Below, piece after piece: positions 16,114 to 25,684 of a DNA stretch of 40,000 nt; the first letter of the stretch is position 1, and each line of letters starts with the position of its first letter. Origin of the DNA: Klebsiella phage vB_KvM-Eowyn. The stretch lies in the sequence record LR881104.1. One strand, 5' to 3'. The position numbers were made by a program, and so were the translations under genes. The notes beneath the pieces were generated by a model. That model did no database searches. It had not been told where the DNA came from and saw only the letters and a program-made list of their open reading frames with translations.

Positions 16114-17254
16114 CGGAAAAATACGGTGAGATATGCTCCAACAAATCTTGGTTAACATACCCTGAATCATCTCCACGAATACCAGTAAGTAATCGTTCTT
16201 GACTAATCCGTTTTAGTGCAATCTGAATATCTACTTCAGCATGTTTGTTGGCTACATGCCCGGTACTCATGTCAAGGACCAATAGCGTTTCCAATAATGG
16301 AATTTCGGCAAATGTCGTTACCCATTTATCTTGGGTAGTGGGAAGAACCCCAGTCAGTACCGTTTTTCTAACGTTCTGAGAAAACACTTGCGGGAATGTG
16401 TCCAGTAATCCAGAAAAACTTCTAGGTTTGACTGTGGCCCAATCCACGTAAGTGGAAATAACTTTATCTACGAACGTATATGGAGTAGCTAAATTGACGA
16501 TTTGTTTCTTTTGGATGGGTAAGGTATCGATACCCACAACTTGCTTTCGTACTAAATTAATAAGTGCAACGTCACACTGAGACGGAAGCATGCCTGGAAG
16601 TACGTACTGATAAATAAAGTTAGCTGGAGTCCCTCGCATCCCTTCAGGGCGCTGTAATTGCTCACGTAACCACATCCGGTACATCAAACCTAACACCGGG
16701 ACGTCGATACTGAATACAGCATATCCGGTAGAGTATCCGTGGTTATCCGGGAGATGTAAGTCTAGTGAAGTATAATCGTTACGAATAACTTTCACTGGGG
16801 ATTGTGTTTTCCAATCCAGACTTAATCTATTCGGATCTACGAATGACTCAACGGCAATGTAGGCCTCTTTGGATGAACGCCCATAAAAACTTCCAGTGGG
16901 TGGAATATAGCCTCGGTTCGTCGGTGTGGTAATGCCTACGGCCCGGCAGGCAGCATCGTAACGATCGGTAATTAAATCATAATAAACAGATGCTGGATGA
17001 TACCACCCATCGGATAGGTTATCCAACAATTTAATTAGAATGTGTCTGCTATCTACCCAACCGCCTGATTGTTGATAATATTCCCGCATGCGCACGAAGT
17101 TGTTATTCAATCTTTCTTTTATATATCGCATAGGGGTTAGGGTGGGTCCGCCCACCTGTGGGCCTTGTACCGCCAAGACGTCCGTAAACATGGGTCGGCT
17201 CCAATTAATGTAAAAAAATACACGGTTATACATATACTGTAGAGGAAGTACCAA
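16106..17254 (-). CDS. Hypothetical protein
   Basis: 382-aa minus-strand ORF, divergent from the candidate chimallin gene. Confidence 0.75.
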   Translation of the reverse strand: MVLPLQYMYNRVFFYINWSRPMFTDVLAVQGPQVGGPTLTPMRYIKERLNNNFVRMREYYQQSGGWVDSRHILIKLLDNLSDGWYHPASVYYDLITDRYDAACRAVGITTPTNRGYIPPTGSFYGRSSKEAYIAVESFVDPNRLSLDWKTQSPVKVIRNDYTSLDLHLPDNHGYSTGYAVFSIDVPVLGLMYRMWLREQLQRPEGMRGTPANFIYQYVLPGMLPSQCDVALINLVRKQVVGIDTLPIQKKQIVNLATPYTFVDKVISTYVDWATVKPRSFSGLLDTFPQVFSQNVRKTVLTGVLPTTQDKWVTTFAEIPLLETLLVLDMSTGHVANKHAEVDIQIALKRISQERLLTGIRGDDSGYVNQDLLEHISPYFSAA

Positions 17255-17344
17255 CGACCTCTACGATTCCACACGGAGTCGGAAAGGGTTGTGATGTCGT
17301 TTGGTTATCTTGGCACTGGTACGGGCTAAACCAATCCAAAATAA

Positions 17345-17358
17345 TTAAACACCTATAT
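17345..17358 (+). promoter_or_regulatory. TTAAACACCTATAT element, possible distal promoter of the 17567 gene
   Basis: The 14-nt string TTAAACACCTATAT is identical to 25638-25651, where it leads into TATATTAC. Confidence 0.4.
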
Positions 17359-17429
17359 CATTTTTACGCATATCTATCGTGATGACAAAACGCATTCCAA
17401 AAAACCGTGATTGTAAATTTACATAAACG

Positions 17430-17439
17430 TATATTACTT
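17430..17439 (+). promoter_or_regulatory. TATATTACTT promoter-like element
   Basis: Exact TATATTAC octamer 130 bp upstream of ATG 17567. Confidence 0.55.
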
Positions 17440-17566
17440 AGGTGATGGGAGTGCAGTAGATTTTCTACAGCTCATCCGAACATTGTGTTCCAAACCGTCA
17501 ATGGCGTCTTGGCCCGACGCAGACCAACATTGACTTTATCTACTCCTTATAAGGGAAAATTAAACT

Positions 17567-19453
17567 ATGAGTATTAACGACGCTCGCAATCCTGGTAACA
17601 ACGACGCTGCTCAAGAACGTGCTCACACTGCGGCGCCGCAGTTTGATGAGTCTCAAGTGCGCCAGGCTGCTCCGCATCGCAAAACCATTACCGGTAAAGG
17701 CGGTGTGAACGCACTCCTGTCCCGTCGTCTCAACCGCGTAGGCGGTAACGAAGACATCAGCAAAATCGCTGAAATGATGCGCGGCTATCTGCGCAGCCAA
17801 CTGGATGAGGGCTATGTTCCGACTTTCGTCATTGTTGACGGCGCTACTTACGAACTGGCGGTATCCGCCATCGTCCCGACCGTGCTGCTGACCGTGCGTG
17901 GTGTTAAAACGGTGCTGGCTTATCCGATTCTCGTCGAGCCGCGCGATCGCTCCATGGACACTGTCCGTACCGTCCGTGAAAACAACCGCGAACTGTCTCT
18001 GCCGGTAGTGACCTCCGATTTCTACGACGCACGTACTGAAGCACAGATCCGTAACGCCATCGCTCGTCAGTTCAGCCTGAACCCGGCCGATAGCGACATC
18101 AAACTGGTCGGTTATTGCACCCTGCCGGTTGAAGTATCTTCCGACGACAAATCCGAAATCGAAGACCTGGCCGCCAACGTATTCTCGGCGCTGGAATCCT
18201 GGGTTCGTGAACAACCAGGTTCTGAAGAACCGCGTTTCAACCTGGCAGAAATCGACAATACCCAAACTCGCTTCACCGGCAAACTGGACTTCTCTCCGGC
18301 GCCGATCAAAACTCTGACTGGCCTGCCGATCCGTAACGACGTGACCATCACCACCAAAATGCGTGATATCACGGTCGACAGTCTGCACAGCCAATCCGGC
18401 GTTCTGTCCGAAGTGAGCGGTTATGTGGACCTGATCTATGTCGACCCGCAACCCGAACAACATCCGTACACCCGCCAGATGTATCTGAACCCGGCGTGCT
18501 ACCTCCCGAACTTCGTGATTTCCCATCAGGAAATTCTGGTTAACGCCGTGACTCCGGAACTGGTTCTGTTCGGCCTGGCATCTGCACGCCTGATGCAGCA
18601 GCCGAACAACGCATTCTACAATGCGTTCAAACCACGCCACGGCGTCAAAAACGATACCCGTGATATCGGGGCTATCGGTTACGAGTTCGATCCGACTGGC
18701 GAAGGCAAAGGCCTCAAAGCACCTATCGATACCGCAGACTCCACTTTCAACCTGCAGACTCTTCTGAGCACTGCATTCCGCCCGGGCATGCTGTATAGCC
18801 TGGATGTGGTAGATGGTGGTGAGTATTCCTGGGTATACGAGGCGCTGGTGTATGCTGCGAATGGCGATGCCGCCGCAGAAAACGATGTAATTCAGTATGC
18901 AGATAACCTGACCAACGGCCATTTCCGTGCGCTGTGGAACCCGGTTGAAAACCGCGTTGCGGTAGATTCCGGCGACCTGATTCCGATCGGTTATTACATC
19001 GATCCGGAAGGCCAACGTAAAGACCTGCGTGACATCGACTATCTGGCGCTGCTGAACATGTTCGGTGGTAGTGACATGGACCTGGTTTATCGCTGGTCTG
19101 AAACCTTCGGTAATGCAAGTCAATCTCCGCAGCAACGTCTGGATGCACGTGTACGTATCCTGAAATCGCTGCTGAACAACAACCTGTTCATCAAACGTAT
19201 CGCCCATCGCATCACCCTGACCCCGGCGTTCATCGACGTGCTGGCTACCGCTATCTCCAAAGCGGGCATCACGATCGTTCCGGAAACCGTGTTCAGCGAA
19301 CAGCAGACCTATACCCGTGGGTCTACTACCCTGGCTAACTACGCGCTTACTGGCGGCCAGTCCCCGCTGTTCGCGGGTACCCAGCAGCCGTCCGTAGCCG
19401 GTTACAGTTCTGTATACCAGCCGCGTGGCGCAGGCGGCCGTTTCGGCGGTTAA
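17567..19453 (+). CDS. chmA: Candidate chimallin (phage nucleus shell protein)
   Basis: 628 aa with extended polar N-terminal and Gly/Ser/Gln-rich C-terminal tails, strong codon bias, and position directly upstream of the nvRNAP beta-prime N-part as in PhiKZ gp54-gp55. Identification rests mainly on synteny, size and context. Confidence 0.72.
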   Translation: MSINDARNPGNNDAAQERAHTAAPQFDESQVRQAAPHRKTITGKGGVNALLSRRLNRVGGNEDISKIAEMMRGYLRSQLDEGYVPTFVIVDGATYELAVSAIVPTVLLTVRGVKTVLAYPILVEPRDRSMDTVRTVRENNRELSLPVVTSDFYDARTEAQIRNAIARQFSLNPADSDIKLVGYCTLPVEVSSDDKSEIEDLAANVFSALESWVREQPGSEEPRFNLAEIDNTQTRFTGKLDFSPAPIKTLTGLPIRNDVTITTKMRDITVDSLHSQSGVLSEVSGYVDLIYVDPQPEQHPYTRQMYLNPACYLPNFVISHQEILVNAVTPELVLFGLASARLMQQPNNAFYNAFKPRHGVKNDTRDIGAIGYEFDPTGEGKGLKAPIDTADSTFNLQTLLSTAFRPGMLYSLDVVDGGEYSWVYEALVYAANGDAAAENDVIQYADNLTNGHFRALWNPVENRVAVDSGDLIPIGYYIDPEGQRKDLRDIDYLALLNMFGGSDMDLVYRWSETFGNASQSPQQRLDARVRILKSLLNNNLFIKRIAHRITLTPAFIDVLATAISKAGITIVPETVFSEQQTYTRGSTTLANYALTGGQSPLFAGTQQPSVAGYSSVYQPRGAGGRFGG

Positions 19454-19473
19454 GTCTGAAGTAACGTCATAAT

Positions 19474-19504
19474 AGCGGGAGGGGTAAAACCCTCCCGCTT
19501 TATT
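19474..19504 (+). terminator. Hairpin terminator after the candidate chmA
   Basis: AGCGGGAGGG (19474-19483) pairs with CCCTCCCGCT (19490-19499), followed by TTATTT. Confidence 0.7.
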
Positions 19505-19546
19505 TCCCACAGCTTCTTTTTTTAGTTAAGCAAACAAAGGGTAATC

Positions 19547-21106
19547 ATGGAAATAAAAGAATTCATCCCTACGAAACGCGCCCCGTATGGGTATGCGGCT
19601 TCGACCGGATGCGATATCTATTATGACCCCAGAAGGAAAGGTGTTTATCCGGAAATAGCGAATCATGAAGCAACCTTAGCTCGGTTACGCGGCACCCCTA
19701 TTTTCATCAATGATATCGACACCTCCACTGCTGAAGGTCAGGATAAACTTGATTCTCTTCTTTATACCAAATACGACGGCGGGAGCATCAGCATCCTCCC
19801 TAGTTGTGAATGTGGGGAAACTACTACTGTATCCAAACTAAATACGTATTGCCCTAACTGCTCGACAATTGTAGTCCCTCCATCCGAACGCCCAATAGAA
19901 TCCAACCTCTGGATTCGGGCCCCAGAAGGAGTAAAAGCATTAATCAATCCCCAAATGCTTATCATTTTATCGAAAGCATTTACCATCAATGGTTGTAACT
20001 TTCTGGAATGGTTGCTAAATCCCACTTATAAAAATGGGACTCACAACAACTTAAAGTTAGAACTTTTCAAAGCGTATAACTTCCCAAGAGGCATCAATGC
20101 TTTCTATGACAATTTCGACGACATAGTCACTGCGCTATTGGACCGGTCCATTTTCAATGGCAACAACTCCAAGCGATTAGAAGTGAAAATGTTCATCGAA
20201 CAAAACAGGGATCGAGTATTTACTCGGTATATTCCAATACCCAACCGCATTCTGTTCATTACGGAAAAGGCGATCACTGCAACCTATGCCGACAAACACA
20301 TGGCCTCGGCACTTGATGCGGTACGCACTATCTCCGATCTAAATCAACACATGGAACCCCCGTCAATCCGTAGACGCGAATATGCCGCAGCAAAAGCATG
20401 CCTGCAACTAGCGTCGTATTACGTGATGCAGTATAAAAAGATTATCGGGGGTAAGTATGGGTTCTTGCGAAAACACTTGTTTGGTACTCGACAAGCGTAT
20501 AGTTTCCGTGCAGTTATTAGTAGTTTGCACGAAGCACATCGCATGGATGAACTACATATTCCGTGGGGGGTAGCGGTAGGGGTATTCAGGAAACATCTGG
20601 AGAGCAAACTGTTAAGGCGGGGGTATACTCCGAATGAAGCAGTAAAACTTTTGTTCGACCATACCCTAACGTACCATCCACTGTTGGACACGCTGTTCAA
20701 AGAAATCATTGGCGACCACCCATCTGGGAAAGGGTTTCCATGTTATTTCTTGCGTAACCCGACTCTGGACAGATTGTCAGGACAACTATTCCACATTACG
20801 TTAGTTAAACCAGATCCAAACATCAAAACGGTAAGTCTATCACTAAACGTCATAGCGCCAATGAATGCTGATTTTGACGGCGATGCGCTTGGCGGATTAC
20901 TCATACTCGACAAAAAGATGTATGAGCGTTTTGAGAGAACTTCTCAACACACTGGGGTTCTAGACTTACAGAAAGCCAGAACACTATCCGGTAAAATAAC
21001 TTTACCGAAACCTGTATTGGCAATTTATGCGAGTTGGATGCATGAACCCCCAGCTGACGTAGAAGAAGCCAAGCTGTTCAAAAAGCTATTAGGACAGCAT
21101 GATTAA
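19547..21106 (+). CDS. Non-virion RNA polymerase beta-prime N-terminal subunit (PhiKZ gp55-like)
   Basis: Catalytic NADFDGDALGG and an N-terminal zinc-ribbon-like CECGETTTVSKLNTYCPNC. Confidence 0.93.
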   Translation: MEIKEFIPTKRAPYGYAASTGCDIYYDPRRKGVYPEIANHEATLARLRGTPIFINDIDTSTAEGQDKLDSLLYTKYDGGSISILPSCECGETTTVSKLNTYCPNCSTIVVPPSERPIESNLWIRAPEGVKALINPQMLIILSKAFTINGCNFLEWLLNPTYKNGTHNNLKLELFKAYNFPRGINAFYDNFDDIVTALLDRSIFNGNNSKRLEVKMFIEQNRDRVFTRYIPIPNRILFITEKAITATYADKHMASALDAVRTISDLNQHMEPPSIRRREYAAAKACLQLASYYVMQYKKIIGGKYGFLRKHLFGTRQAYSFRAVISSLHEAHRMDELHIPWGVAVGVFRKHLESKLLRRGYTPNEAVKLLFDHTLTYHPLLDTLFKEIIGDHPSGKGFPCYFLRNPTLDRLSGQLFHITLVKPDPNIKTVSLSLNVIAPMNADFDGDALGGLLILDKKMYERFERTSQHTGVLDLQKARTLSGKITLPKPVLAIYASWMHEPPADVEEAKLFKKLLGQHD

Positions 21107-21115
21107 GGAGACAAC

Positions 21116-21763
21116 ATGGCACAACTGATATCGGGTGGTCCGAGCACGATGGCGGCTTACCTGTTCGGTGAAAACCATCCCAATGTACAAAACTATCTGG
21201 AAACGGCGTATCAGCAAGCTCAAGAATCTATTACTGATATCGGCCAAGCAATGATCCAGGCCGGGCGGCAGTTGGCTGAGCGCACAATAAATACGGGCGC
21301 TTTCCGACTGGCTCGTGCAGCACTACGCAAAGTGGGTTCTCTCGGGGTGCAGGATATTATCCAACCACTCGAGACCATCGGTGCGTTGCAGCACGCCCCT
21401 ACGGCCATGATTCCCGTCATCATGAGTCATCCCGAAATTAAATCTCGGTATTTGATGGGGCGGTGTGAAGGGTACGGAGATGAGTGGGTTAACCCAACAG
21501 GGTCCGCAGTTGCTGGGGACGATCCGCTATATCGGGCAGTTATGCATACTGCCGTAATCGAACCTGATTCGGAATATGCTAAGTATGACCCTATTTTAGC
21601 AGAAGAAACTAACTGGGGGGCATGGCAATACTGGGACGATGCATCTGAAGATATAGGACTGACGGAAAACAACCGTCTGGACAGTCAGATTACCTATGAC
21701 GCATTATGGTTAGCGGTAAAAGGTATCGACGATCCGACCTCACGTTGGAATGCTTCACTGTAA
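21116..21763 (+). CDS. Hypothetical protein
   Basis: 215-aa ORF with AAGGAGA upstream. Confidence 0.75.
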   Translation: MAQLISGGPSTMAAYLFGENHPNVQNYLETAYQQAQESITDIGQAMIQAGRQLAERTINTGAFRLARAALRKVGSLGVQDIIQPLETIGALQHAPTAMIPVIMSHPEIKSRYLMGRCEGYGDEWVNPTGSAVAGDDPLYRAVMHTAVIEPDSEYAKYDPILAEETNWGAWQYWDDASEDIGLTENNRLDSQITYDALWLAVKGIDDPTSRWNASL

Positions 21764-21774
21764 TGGTGTGTCTG

Positions 21775-21806
21775 GGAGGAGGGGCTTAGGCTCCTCCTCT
21801 TTTTTT
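21775..21806 (+). terminator. Intrinsic terminator
   Basis: GGAGGAG (21775-21781) pairs with CTCCTCC (21791-21797), followed by TCTTTTTTT. Confidence 0.7.
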
Positions 21807-21843
21807 ACGGATTACCTTTATTTTTTGTCTGTGGAGCGTACTT

Positions 21844-22245
21844 ATGGCTAAAACAATACCTGTCCCTAGTTTATCCGTAGATGGTTGGATTATAACCCCT
21901 ACTAAAAAAGTAGATAAATTGTTATGTTATTATTTTTTATCTGAGCCATCACAAAGTCAACTATACACTGTGATCTCACTACCCTCAGAAATTGCAAAGA
22001 AAGGAAACTGGCCGAATCAACTTAAAGAGTTGGTTAGCAACGATTTACAAACCTTTTTTAGTGCCTATTTCACAGAAGGCGTAAGTGTATATGTTGAAAT
22101 AAAAGACACTGATGATAATGGAAACCAAATATCACAATACAAAATTTATAGTCAAGTTATCGTCACCATTGCTGGACAAAAATATTCTGTGGCAAAAATG
22201 GCTACAGTATTAAATTCTCAGATTGTTAATCTCGCAGATGCATAG
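21844..22245 (+). CDS. Hypothetical protein
   Basis: 133-aa ORF with an isolated start and a downstream neighbour in the same direction. Confidence 0.7.
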   Translation: MAKTIPVPSLSVDGWIITPTKKVDKLLCYYFLSEPSQSQLYTVISLPSEIAKKGNWPNQLKELVSNDLQTFFSAYFTEGVSVYVEIKDTDDNGNQISQYKIYSQVIVTIAGQKYSVAKMATVLNSQIVNLADA

Positions 22246-22256
22246 AGGTAATCAAA

Positions 22257-22850
22257 ATGGCAAGTAAAGAAGATATCAAAATGGCAGTGGATTTAGGACT
22301 CAAGGCTGCTAACGCTTTGATTGGTTCTGCCGAAGAAATGCGTCGGGGTATCTACATCGATGAATTTCGCCAGATGTACTTGCCTATTTTGGCCACCCCA
22401 GGTTCAGATTGGTCTCCATGGTTCAGATTCGTAACTGACCCCCGTGCCGTCACTGATGTTTATGACCGCTCGGGTAAGTTGATGTATACCGTTCCGGCGA
22501 TGGCGGTGCCTATCGGCACCCAGGTTAGTGGTGACCGGGGTGAATCCTACTACGATAAAATCCAAAGGGTAATGTTAGTTGCCAGAAATAACCCCAAGGC
22601 AGCCAGCGCGATGCAGGAACAAGCCATGCATGATGCGGTAGTTGGTGGTGGGGGCAATAAACATATTCTGGATAATCGAATTAAACTCAACAAAATCCTG
22701 GTAGCTGAAGGGTACCCCCCATTACCGATTCCAGGGACCAATGGGTTTACTGGAATTACTGAAAAAGATACTCAACCCAACACCGAAAACCAGACAAAAA
22801 ACGAAACTTTAGCGAAGGCCAAATACACCGATGAGTACGACGAACTCTGA
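22257..22850 (+). CDS. Hypothetical protein
   Basis: 197-aa ORF with GAGGTAATC upstream. Confidence 0.75.
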   Translation: MASKEDIKMAVDLGLKAANALIGSAEEMRRGIYIDEFRQMYLPILATPGSDWSPWFRFVTDPRAVTDVYDRSGKLMYTVPAMAVPIGTQVSGDRGESYYDKIQRVMLVARNNPKAASAMQEQAMHDAVVGGGGNKHILDNRIKLNKILVAEGYPPLPIPGTNGFTGITEKDTQPNTENQTKNETLAKAKYTDEYDEL

Positions 22851-23964
22851 TACAACAATAGCTTCATTTCACGATGTTCATTTTGGGCATCCAAATACGC
22901 GCTATGATAACATTATTCGTGGGATGGAAAAAGACATTTGTGCATCAGATCCGTTTATTCGTAACCTGACCTATTTGTTTTATCCTGGCGATGTTTTTGA
23001 CCGGTTATTAATTTTACCGGAACAGGGAATCCCGGCGATCCGCCGGGAGTTCAGACGCCAACTAGAAATATGTCAAGCTTACGGTATTTCTGTTCGTGTA
23101 TTAGAAGGTACCCCGTCCCACGACTGGCATCAATCTAAATTGATATTAAGTGTCGCTGAAGAAATGGGGTTTACTGGTGATTTAAAGTACGTCGATACTT
23201 TGTGTGTCGAAATCACGCCCAAAGGCCACAGCATTTTGTATGTTCCTGACGAGTGGCGTACCGATCTCCAACAAACCTATCTGGAAGCCCTGGAGGCGAT
23301 TAAAGCTGCTGGATTAGAACAGGTGGATTATTGTTTATTCCACGGTCAATTTACCCATCAGTTTCCTCCGGAGTGGCAGGTAGGGTGCCATGATGTCGAT
23401 GCCTGGCAGTTATTGGTAAAGCATTATCTTTTTGCAGGGCATATCCACACACCATCTAAAAAAGGAAAGATTATTGTTGCGGGGTCCTATGACCGACTGC
23501 GACATGGTGAGGAACACCCAAAAGGACATTACCGGGTAACGGTAAAAAGGGATGGGGATGACGTTATTGAATTTATTGAGAATAAAGAGGCAAAAACTTA
23601 TTTGACTCTTGATGTCAGTGGACAAAGCGTCGAATCCATTTATGGTTATGTTGAATCGAAAATACATGGGCTTCCGGTTAATTCTTTTATTCGGATAAGC
23701 GGCAATCGAGACCAAAGTCTAAGAATGGTCAAGAAGGCACTTACTGATAATTATCCCGAATATAGATGGGATATTATGTTTGAAAAAACAAAAAAGCAAC
23801 CGAAAACAGTAAGTCTAGATTCCACACCCATACAAAAAACTACTGTGACCCTAGGGGCGTTAGAAGATGCAATCCTGCAACGTTTAGAACAATCTGGCCT
23901 GTCTCCTAATGTGATAGACCACGCCAAACAACTATATAAGGACAGCAAACATGAGTTTGCGTGA
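22831..23964 (+). CDS. Mre11/SbcD-like calcineurin-family phosphoesterase (recombination nuclease)
   Basis: Ordered metallophosphoesterase motifs: FHDVHFGH, PGDVFDR, EGTPSHD (GNHD-like), LFHGQ and AGHIHTP. Confidence 0.85.
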   Translation: MSTTNSDTTIASFHDVHFGHPNTRYDNIIRGMEKDICASDPFIRNLTYLFYPGDVFDRLLILPEQGIPAIRREFRRQLEICQAYGISVRVLEGTPSHDWHQSKLILSVAEEMGFTGDLKYVDTLCVEITPKGHSILYVPDEWRTDLQQTYLEALEAIKAAGLEQVDYCLFHGQFTHQFPPEWQVGCHDVDAWQLLVKHYLFAGHIHTPSKKGKIIVAGSYDRLRHGEEHPKGHYRVTVKRDGDDVIEFIENKEAKTYLTLDVSGQSVESIYGYVESKIHGLPVNSFIRISGNRDQSLRMVKKALTDNYPEYRWDIMFEKTKKQPKTVSLDSTPIQKTTVTLGALEDAILQRLEQSGLSPNVIDHAKQLYKDSKHEFA

Positions 23965-24769
23965 TTTTTCTTTACGGGAGATGGGTGCAATACCCATCTC
24001 CATTGGGACGAGCTTGGCTATAGAAGCATTACGTCAACCCAACGTACCCAACTACGACGCACTCTGGGTAAATTTAAGAACGCTGTTTCGCAATCTAATG
24101 TCATGTGTTCCTACTCATGTCCGTGACGGTGCCAACGATAGAGATGTATCTACCGTACTCGAAGAAGAGATGGGGCATATCGCTGAAGCAGTAGCTATAC
24201 TCAGTAATGGCACCAAAGCCGTTAAGTGGTACATGAGTAAACCAGAAACGTTGGTCAAAATACTGCCCGATGCCATTATAAGGGCACCCAAAACAAATCT
24301 ACAAAAGTCTCAGGCCGCCTTATGCGATGCTGCGTTAGGTAGGCTGATTGCAAAATATCAGAAAGATATTCAGGTATTTTCTCCGATTATGTATGGGCAA
24401 GGGAAAGCCATGGTACTTACTCATTTCCCCGAAGACCTGTTGAGTCGCAAGCATTTCTCTGAAATGTATTTATTAGAGTCCCACACAGGTAAAATAAAAG
24501 GACATGATGAATTCAATACAAAACTCGGAGATATCGATCAATACCCTAAACTCCCATTTAATGGATTTACGCTAACAATATTTGGTGATAAGCAAGTATT
24601 GATTTATCAGATGCCAAATAAAATCAGGACCATGGTGTTAGAGGCAGCTAAGAAAGCTGGCTGGACCCCAATGACCACCAAGGATAGAATGTTGTTAACG
24701 TTAAACACCATAAAAAATCAGTACGACCGTGAAGTACTTAAAAGTATTTTAATGAAATGCAAGTATTGA
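23951..24769 (+). CDS. Hypothetical protein, coupled to the Mre11-like gene
   Basis: 272-aa ORF overlapping the previous stop. Confidence 0.75.
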   Translation: MSLRDFSLREMGAIPISIGTSLAIEALRQPNVPNYDALWVNLRTLFRNLMSCVPTHVRDGANDRDVSTVLEEEMGHIAEAVAILSNGTKAVKWYMSKPETLVKILPDAIIRAPKTNLQKSQAALCDAALGRLIAKYQKDIQVFSPIMYGQGKAMVLTHFPEDLLSRKHFSEMYLLESHTGKIKGHDEFNTKLGDIDQYPKLPFNGFTLTIFGDKQVLIYQMPNKIRTMVLEAAKKAGWTPMTTKDRMLLTLNTIKNQYDREVLKSILMKCKY

Positions 24770-24831
24770 TTTTTTACCGTAGATAACCATCATTTGTACT
24801 GTTATCACTATAACTAAGGAATCACACCACC

Positions 24832-25527
24832 ATGGCCGACCAACCAATTAAACGTCAAACGTACCTCGATGACCTGCGAGCTAAGCTGTTCGCTAAGCCA
24901 CTGCAGGGAGGTACTAAACGTCCTATTCTGACTTTTGGTTATGTTACTCGGAAGTACGATACCAACTGCGCAGAAATCAAAATCAAAACTAACGTCCCGA
25001 ACGATGCAGATAACGGGCAGATTAAAGTGGTCGTACCCATGCCGGATCTGTTTGGTTATTTCCGGGCAATCCAAAACATGGCGACCCAGTCCGGGAAACA
25101 GGAACGTAGTTTCCGGGTGTATTCTACCTTCGCAAAAGGCGGTAAAGTAGATCCGTATCCGTCGGCCATGATTCACCTGGGCAAAGAAGACGACGGTCGC
25201 ATGTATATTGCGGTGACTAAAAAGAATCGGCCGAACATTAAGTTCTACATGTGCCCGGACGAAATGTATCGCCTGGTTGTAAATGGCGAAGAAATGACCA
25301 CCGAACAAACTTACGCCGAATACGCGCTGGGTTATATTGACATGATTCGCGGTATTTATCGGACCATCATGGACCATGATTACGTGCCGTGGGAAAACCC
25401 GCATAACAACGGCGGTGGCAGTCAACGCGGCAATGGTGGAAATGGCGGTAACTGGAATGGGGGTGGTAACTCCAATTCGGGTGGCAGTCAATCAAACAAC
25501 AGTTACGATGATGATGTTTGGGGTTGA
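24832..25527 (+). CDS. Putative single-stranded DNA-binding protein
   Basis: Compact ~175-aa N-terminal domain, Gly/Asn-rich linker (NNGGGSQRGNGGNGGNWNGGGN) and acidic/aromatic tip YDDDVWG, an SSB-like architecture beside a recombination nuclease. Confidence 0.55.
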   Translation: MADQPIKRQTYLDDLRAKLFAKPLQGGTKRPILTFGYVTRKYDTNCAEIKIKTNVPNDADNGQIKVVVPMPDLFGYFRAIQNMATQSGKQERSFRVYSTFAKGGKVDPYPSAMIHLGKEDDGRMYIAVTKKNRPNIKFYMCPDEMYRLVVNGEEMTTEQTYAEYALGYIDMIRGIYRTIMDHDYVPWENPHNNGGGSQRGNGGNGGNWNGGGNSNSGGSQSNNSYDDDVWG

Positions 25528-25537
25528 CGTCATATAC

Positions 25538-25566
25538 GGGAGGGCTTTTGCCCTCCCTTTATGCCG
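25538..25566 (+). terminator. Hairpin terminator with 3' TTTATGCCG
   Basis: GGGAGGGC (25538-25545), TTTT, GCCCTCCC (25550-25557), then TT-TATGCCG (25560-25566). Confidence 0.75.
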
Positions 25567-25637
25567 TATTACCTAAAAGGTAGTTTCTTACAGACGGCCG
25601 CCATGTTATACGTAGTAAAAGGATGCATTCAAAAAAC

Positions 25638-25656
25638 TTAAACACCTATATTACTA
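25638..25656 (+). promoter_or_regulatory. TTAAACACCTATATTACTA promoter-like element
   Basis: Contains TATATTACTA (25647-25656), 38 bp upstream of ATG 25685. Confidence 0.6.
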
Positions 25657-25684
25657 TTGGGATTATCTGTATAAGGGGATATCC

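Noticed and set aside
17540-19510. 656-aa minus-strand ORF covering the whole 17567..19453 gene
   Set aside because: It is antisense to a strongly codon-biased gene with clear RBS and terminator context. Lack of stops in the opposite frame is an expected by-product of that codon usage, and its sequence looks low-complexity (many GIxxxxF/QxxxQ patterns).
24814-25491. 225-aa minus-strand ORF opposite the SSB-like gene
   Set aside because: Antisense by-product of biased codons. The plus-strand frame has coherent domain, linker and tail architecture.
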